Part shown: one piece after another, positions 58,768 through 64,000 of the stretch
How positions within the stretch are numbered: the stretch's first letter is position 1
Layout of the letters: each line of letters begins with the position of its first letter
Virus record (IMG/VR): IMGVR_UViG_3300024239_000013
Span: 248,001-312,000 of that record
DNA: 64,000 bases
Reading direction: 5' to 3' (one strand)
Notes under the pieces: generated by a model
What the model saw: the letters and a program-made list of their open reading frames with translations, nothing else
What the model was told of the DNA's origin: nothing
Database searches by the model: none
Translations under genes and position numbers: made by a program

Positions 58768-58811
58768 AGTTAGTTATATTTATCTTTACTTATGAAAATC
58801 ATCAAATTACA

Positions 58812-61800
58812 TTATACAAATTGTATAAATCCTCCTGATGATATTCCTCCTGTTTTACTAACAGTAAGTCTGTTGATGAATTTTTGAATTCCTTTTGCAG
58901 GTTCAACAATAACATCAATTATACCCATATTCATATCTATGATTGAAGGGGTGTTATTAGAAGCATCCATAATAGTCTGATATGCATAAATACCTCCTCC
59001 TGCTCTAACTCCATCAAGATAATTATCAACTAAAGTTTTTATCTCAAGTCTGATTGTGTCTTCATTGAAATCAAAAAGATAATTAGCTAGAATTTCTTGT
59101 ACGTCAGTTTCGATACTAATTAAAAGATCTCTAACATGTATAAGATTAAAAGCAGAGTTAACTTGTTGATAAGCAGTTTGGTTACCATAGATGGCTACAC
59201 CAACCCCTCTTCTTTTTATAATTGGATTGATACCAAAAGGCTCTAAATTACCTCTATCTTCTTCATCGAAATCATATTCAACCCCTACTATATTAGATCC
59301 GCTTATTAAACCTCTTTTTTGACCAGCAATGATAGCATAAGGTTCTCCGTTAGAAAATTTTCTAAGGAAATTGTTAGAAACAAATGCTGCAGGAGGAACG
59401 TTTATATTTCTATTTCCCTCTCTTACTGTTATGTATGGAGCATAGAAACCACAGAATTTAGCTCCATCTTCTTCGCTAGGTAAGCTGAAAGTGTAGGTTG
59501 GATTTAATGATAAATTACCTCCTTCCGTAATATAAGCTGTATTTAGCTTAGGATATGGGTTTACAGAAGTAGGAGCATCGGTAAATCTAGGGTCTGTACT
59601 AGCTCTAAATTGTTCCATAGAAGGAGCATTTATAATAGCAAGTGCTTGTTGTCTTAGTTTAGCAAGTCTACTTAATTGATATTTAGAATTAGGTAGAATT
59701 TGACCAGAGAATGTGTCTACAATATATCTAAATGATATAACGTCTTTAGAGGATAAAGTTTTAGCTATGTTTGTGTTGTACATAACATCTAAAATCTCTG
59801 ATATTCTCGCGTCTGTTCCGTTAGGTCTATGCCAATCATTCATACTAAATCCTGAAAGATATGAGAAATCAAAAGATCTAGTAAATTGAGCAATAGATGC
59901 AAATTTTTGAACTCTGACCCCATTAGCAGTAGAATAGTATAATACAGGTCTTGAAGAAACTACTTTATAAATACCTGCTGTACTAGTTCTTGAAACTGAT
60001 GTAATTTTAGCTAATCTATTTTGTCTGTTTCCATTAACATTTTCACAAACATCCAAGTCTGTAGATACTACCAAGTCACCTACAGAAAATGGAACATTAC
60101 CGTTCAAATCTAATCCAATAGTGAACGTATTAACATCTATTCTTGTACAATCAATAAATTGATTAATGGAACCATTTTTAGAAACGATATCAAATTTCTG
60201 AGTGTCTACTGGATATCCAATATTATCTGAAGCATATGTCGTGCCAAAAGAAGGAACGTCTGTTATCGTAGCATCATCTAGATCTACATTGCTATAAGCC
60301 CTAGTATAAACTAGATTAAATTGGTCTCTATCTACTGTAGATTCAAACCCCAAATATCTAACTTGCGTTCCTGCAGAGTTAATCCAAGCAAGATCCCCTG
60401 TAGTAATTTCCGAATATTTATGATCCTGATAAAGTTGGGATGCATTATAAGCTAAGATTGCATTAGAAATACCCAAAGGTGCTCCAGGCCCAGTTATTCC
60501 ATTAGGTGTAAATATACTTTCTATATTAACATAATCCGAATTACCAAATTGATAAGCTTTAGCGTAGAACGGTTGGCTACTTCCCGATGCTCCTGTATTA
60601 TAAGAATTTAAATTATAAGTAGGGGTAACGGTTATACCCTGAGATCTATAGAAAGGAGTATCTAAAGGATGTGTGAAATAAATTCTAAGTGCTCCAGAAA
60701 CCTCCTTAGTTCCAGTAACTTTAAGTTTAACTATACTTGCTTCAGAGAATTGATTTATTAATGCACCTGTTAATCCCCCAGTGTATCCTGAAACTACTCC
60801 TAGTATAAATTTCTGATCGTTTGAAGAGGTAACACTTAAGAAACTTTTAAGTTCAGCAACATCTGTATTATTTTGGATGTAACCTGCGGTAACACCATAA
60901 GTAGTTTTAGTTTGCAAATAATGTAAACCACTATCATAAGCAGAAGGATCATAGATTTCAAAAGAATCAGAAACGATCCCTGCAGTAGCTCCTTCGGAAC
61001 CGGTTAAAGTAAATAAAGTACCAACTTTAGTTCCTGTAGTAAATACAGTTGCTCCAGTTGGACTAGTAAATCCAGTAGCACCAGTTACACCAACTACTTT
61101 TTGAGAGTATAAGTAATCTGCAACTAAAACCTGGTCATAACTTAAGAAATTGATCTTTGGTGTTTTAAGGTCTCTGTCTCCTGTTAATTCATCAATTAAG
61201 TGGTTACCAACTAAATCTATTCTAGATGTATTTTGACAAATGCTATCAAATGCTTGTTCATCAATAGCACAGAATAACCCAGTTGACGGAGTATTATTAT
61301 TAACTAGTGTTTGTATATACTGATTAACTCCATTTAAATCAACGAAATCTGGAATTATACATCCAGTAACATTCGTAACAATAGAAACATCAGGATCGTT
61401 TAGAAATTGATCAATTCTATCTTTTATAAATCCATTATTGGTAAAATATTTACTCCATTTCGGATCTATTGAAAGTGCTTGATAATTTGTCCAGTTACCA
61501 TAAACTGCTATAACATCAATAAAATAATCAGATATGTAATCATAAGGGTGCATGAAACTAGGAACATTATCAGCACCATACCAATCTATTGCGAAAATAT
61601 CATAACCTTTAAGCGGCTTATTAGAATCTGTAGATTTTCTAACTATTACGCTCATAGGTGATTTACCGAGATTCGTTAAATTAAACAATTTACCTTGGTC
61701 TTCTACGCTTAGTGTTGCAAGGAAATAATTTGGATCTGCAAACCAGAATCTCTCCTTATTATAATAAGAAGAATAAAGTCTGCTTGTTACAACACCATTA

Positions 61801-62165
61801 TTTTCTTCAGTGTCAATTGAATATGATTGATATGTTGCTTTATCTGGGTTAGATGATTCTTCGTCGTCATTTAATCTTAATAGATTTAACGCAAAGACTG
61901 GTCCAGTATTTAGACATGTTAATATTGACCTTTGAAAGAAAGATCCTTTATTTTCTAGTGATCTATCGACGTCACCGAAAATAGATATAAGAGTTGTTAC
62001 GTCTGGAATATAGACTGGTGTATTGAACGGTCCCTTATTAGAGAATCCTACAACTAATCTGATAGTCTGAGATGTTAATATTACATTTTGAGTTGTCTCA
62101 AATTCCAATGTATAAACTCCAGATGCTCTAAATTGAGAGTAGTCTATTTTTACCTTATTTGCCAT
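58812..62165 (-). CDS. gp18: contractile tail sheath protein gp18-like
   Basis: GVYTLE, GPFNTP, VPPAAFV, INPI, GNQT, VRDLL, FDFN, NNTP. Confidence 0.9.
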   Translation of the reverse strand: MANKVKIDYSQFRASGVYTLEFETTQNVILTSQTIRLVVGFSNKGPFNTPVYIPDVTTLISIFGDVDRSLENKGSFFQRSILTCLNTGPVFALNLLRLNDDEESSNPDKATYQSYSIDTEENNGVVTSRLYSSYYNKERFWFADPNYFLATLSVEDQGKLFNLTNLGKSPMSVIVRKSTDSNKPLKGYDIFAIDWYGADNVPSFMHPYDYISDYFIDVIAVYGNWTNYQALSIDPKWSKYFTNNGFIKDRIDQFLNDPDVSIVTNVTGCIIPDFVDLNGVNQYIQTLVNNNTPSTGLFCAIDEQAFDSICQNTSRIDLVGNHLIDELTGDRDLKTPKINFLSYDQVLVADYLYSQKVVGVTGATGFTSPTGATVFTTGTKVGTLFTLTGSEGATAGIVSDSFEIYDPSAYDSGLHYLQTKTTYGVTAGYIQNNTDVAELKSFLSVTSSNDQKFILGVVSGYTGGLTGALINQFSEASIVKLKVTGTKEVSGALRIYFTHPLDTPFYRSQGITVTPTYNLNSYNTGASGSSQPFYAKAYQFGNSDYVNIESIFTPNGITGPGAPLGISNAILAYNASQLYQDHKYSEITTGDLAWINSAGTQVRYLGFESTVDRDQFNLVYTRAYSNVDLDDATITDVPSFGTTYASDNIGYPVDTQKFDIVSKNGSINQFIDCTRIDVNTFTIGLDLNGNVPFSVGDLVVSTDLDVCENVNGNRQNRLAKITSVSRTSTAGIYKVVSSRPVLYYSTANGVRVQKFASIAQFTRSFDFSYLSGFSMNDWHRPNGTDARISEILDVMYNTNIAKTLSSKDVISFRYIVDTFSGQILPNSKYQLSRLAKLRQQALAIINAPSMEQFRASTDPRFTDAPTSVNPYPKLNTAYITEGGNLSLNPTYTFSLPSEEDGAKFCGFYAPYITVREGNRNINVPPAAFVSNNFLRKFSNGEPYAIIAGQKRGLISGSNIVGVEYDFDEEDRGNLEPFGINPIIKRRGVGVAIYGNQTAYQQVNSAFNLIHVRDLLISIETDVQEILANYLFDFNEDTIRLEIKTLVDNYLDGVRAGGGIYAYQTIMDASNNTPSIIDMNMGIIDVIVEPAKGIQKFINRLTVSKTGGISSGGFIQFV

Positions 62166-62194
62166 TATTTTTCAAGATATTTTTGCTTCATGTC

Positions 62195-62202
62195 TATATA
62201 TC
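62195..62202 (-). promoter_or_regulatory. late promoter of sheath gene
   Basis: GATATATA 29 nt upstream of ATG 62165. Confidence 0.75.
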
Positions 62203-62247
62203 AAAAAAGAAAACGGAATTATTGGTAAGAGAGATTAAATGGATATA

Positions 62248-64000
62248 TTACATGAGTTTACTAAAGTCTCCATAGCTCCTTCCTTCCTTAGTAGAAGGTC
62301 CCCTTTGTTCCTCATCAAACGACATTCCATCTTCGAGTTTACCGATAATAATATCCTTGTATGGATTATCTTCCATCTCATCAAAAACTTCTCCAATCAA
62401 TTGATTGAAATCATATCCTTCGAAAAGACCAGAAAGATTTACTAAAGTCATTACAACATCGTCATGTCCACTTTGACTTGAGTATGTTCCTCTTGAATTT
62501 AATCCGAATGTAAAAAGCTCTGGTATGGTCCATTTCTTTTCATTGATTAGTATCTTGTCTGATTTAACTAAACTTCTGAGAACCTCACAGTATTTCATTT
62601 TGTTCTTTTCGTTGTATTTTATACCAGGTTTTAGAATCCTTGCACTTTCTGTGTGTTTGGTGAAGAGGAACATTTCATCGAAAAAGTCATCTCTTGATAT
62701 CAGTTTATCATATAAAAGTTCACCCTTGAAGTTCATTTCAAGTGCTATTTTAACTCTATCTACAGTGAAAACATCAGTACAAAGGAGTTGTAAGAGTTTA
62801 GTTAATTCTTCCAATTTTATTTCATTATCTCTAAATACACCAACCTGTACAAGACCGAAGAAATCAGATTCATCATCAAACTCTTCAATTCTTTCTATAA
62901 CAACTCTGGGTAAAGGAACAATCTTAAGTATATTAATTACGGTAAAGTCCCCACTCCCACCTGCGCTAAGATCTACAGATAAAACAAATTTTTTACCTGG
63001 TCGGTCGCATTTATCGAGATTAAATTTTGGATGCCATATCAGATTCTCGTAGTTTATTCCGCTATCATGTAAACACTCAATCTCTCTCCAGATGTACTCA
63101 ACCTCATTTTTTCTAATCTTTCTAAGCTCGCTAGAGCCTAATAATAAACTAGACGAACTTAAAAATTGATTCCCATATTCCTGATTAAAAAGTTCCTCGC
63201 TACCAAGGTTACCAATTTCTTTCTGTTTCCACTCTTCGTCTCTACCTGGAACCTGCCACCAATCAACACGGATTGGATTAAAGCTATTCTCCCCTGTTAG
63301 TGCTCCCTGGTATATCTCATAGAACTTATTCATTCCATTAGGAGTTGAAGTAATAATAATTCTGGAGACTTTAGACGAAGAAACAGTTGGGTATGTAGAT
63401 CTAAAGAAAGCTTCTATAAAGTTGGGATTAATGTGAGCAAATTCATCCATGTATAGAAAGTGTATCGTAAAACCAATACCCGACGTTTTTGTAGTTGTCT
63501 TAGCTAATACTCTGCATCCATTATCGAAACGCATTGACATCACGTTATTCACCATTATACCTGGTTTAAGGAAGAATGGCAGACCTTTTATTATGGATTT
63601 AATCTTATCCATTAATTCTTCTGCTGTATCCCCTACGTTCGCCAATATCATAGCGTTTTTATCATGATTGAAAAGAAGATACCAAACAAGTATTATAGAA
63701 GAAGTGATAGATTTACCAACTTGTCTGGGTGCTAGAAAAACATTAAATCTATTGCTCTGGTATTCTCTAAGAACCGATTCCTGATAGTCTCTAAGTCTAA
63801 TATATTCTAATCCAGTATCAGTCATTACTTTACAATATTTAGCAAAGTAGGTAACGTCCTCTGCACATTTTTTCATTTCAAGAATTTCCTCTTTGGTATA
63901 CTCCCAAAGAATATTTGCTCTTTTTAGTTCTGGATTATTATCATGAAATGGATTCTCGACACTTTTATAGTCAAGTCCTTCTTCATCAACTCTTCTTAAA
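62248..64000 (-). CDS. gp17: terminase large subunit gp17-like (5' end beyond window)
   Basis: PRQVGKS, YMDEFA, TSTPNG, QEY, VDLS, HDDVVM; frame open from 63999 (LRRVDEEG...) through ATG 63876. Confidence 0.92.
   Translation of the reverse strand, partial: LRRVDEEGLDYKSVENPFHDNNPELKRANILWEYTKEEILEMKKCAEDVTYFAKYCKVMTDTGLEYIRLRDYQESVLREYQSNRFNVFLAPRQVGKSITSSIILVWYLLFNHDKNAMILANVGDTAEELMDKIKSIIKGLPFFLKPGIMVNNVMSMRFDNGCRVLAKTTTKTSGIGFTIHFLYMDEFAHINPNFIEAFFRSTYPTVSSSKVSRIIITSTPNGMNKFYEIYQGALTGENSFNPIRVDWWQVPGRDEEWKQKEIGNLGSEELFNQEYGNQFLSSSSLLLGSSELRKIRKNEVEYIWREIECLHDSGINYENLIWHPKFNLDKCDRPGKKFVLSVDLSAGGSGDFTVINILKIVPLPRVVIERIEEFDDESDFFGLVQVGVFRDNEIKLEELTKLLQLLCTDVFTVDRVKIALEMNFKGELLYDKLISRDDFFDEMFLFTKHTESARILKPGIKYNEKNKMKYCEVLRSLVKSDKILINEKKWTIPELFTFGLNSRGTYSSQSGHDDVVMTLVNLSGLFEGYDFNQLIGEVFDEMEDNPYKDIIIGKLEDGMSFDEEQRGPSTKEGRSYGDFSKLM

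Noticed and set aside
2843-63667. Many plus-strand ORFs in the track (e.g. 23468-24010, 55321-55935, 62525-63052)
   Set aside because: Antisense shadows of long minus-strand genes; Ser/Phe/Leu-rich with no motifs or promoters
1-64000. Stop-codon reassignment, tRNAs, introns or inteins
   Set aside because: Core genes are full length in the standard code, intergenic gaps are short, and no cloverleaf or intein signature was seen by eye

Overview
AT-rich, gene-dense segment of a large T4-like (myovirus, probably jumbo) phage genome. Almost all genes are on the minus strand. The host is most likely Bacteroidota, judging by TAnnTTTG promoters and A-rich leaders without Shine-Dalgarno sites. The morphogenesis core is here: terminase, sheath, two tail tubes, two portals, prohead protease fused to a 14-aa-repeat scaffold, major capsid protein, neck and baseplate genes. 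Replication and nucleotide genes include ligase, clamp loader, RNase H-like exonuclease, guanylate kinase, dCMP deaminase and AsnB-like/NMP kinase. There are also two sigma factors, a ribosomal protein S1 homolog and a free-standing endonuclease. Highlights read from the sequence: (1) a three-tier promoter cascade (host TAnnTTTG -> phage ECF sigma -> GAAAC-N18-TAnAA -> gp55-like sigma -> GATAWATA late genes); (2) late promoters embedded in hairpins; (3) a family of about 10 putative head-packaged proteins with a T4 CTS-like leader and (L/I/V/M)NE sites, including a nucleotidyltransferase; (4) two candidate programmed frameshifts; (5) tandem duplicated portals. All product calls come from motif recognition, not database searches.
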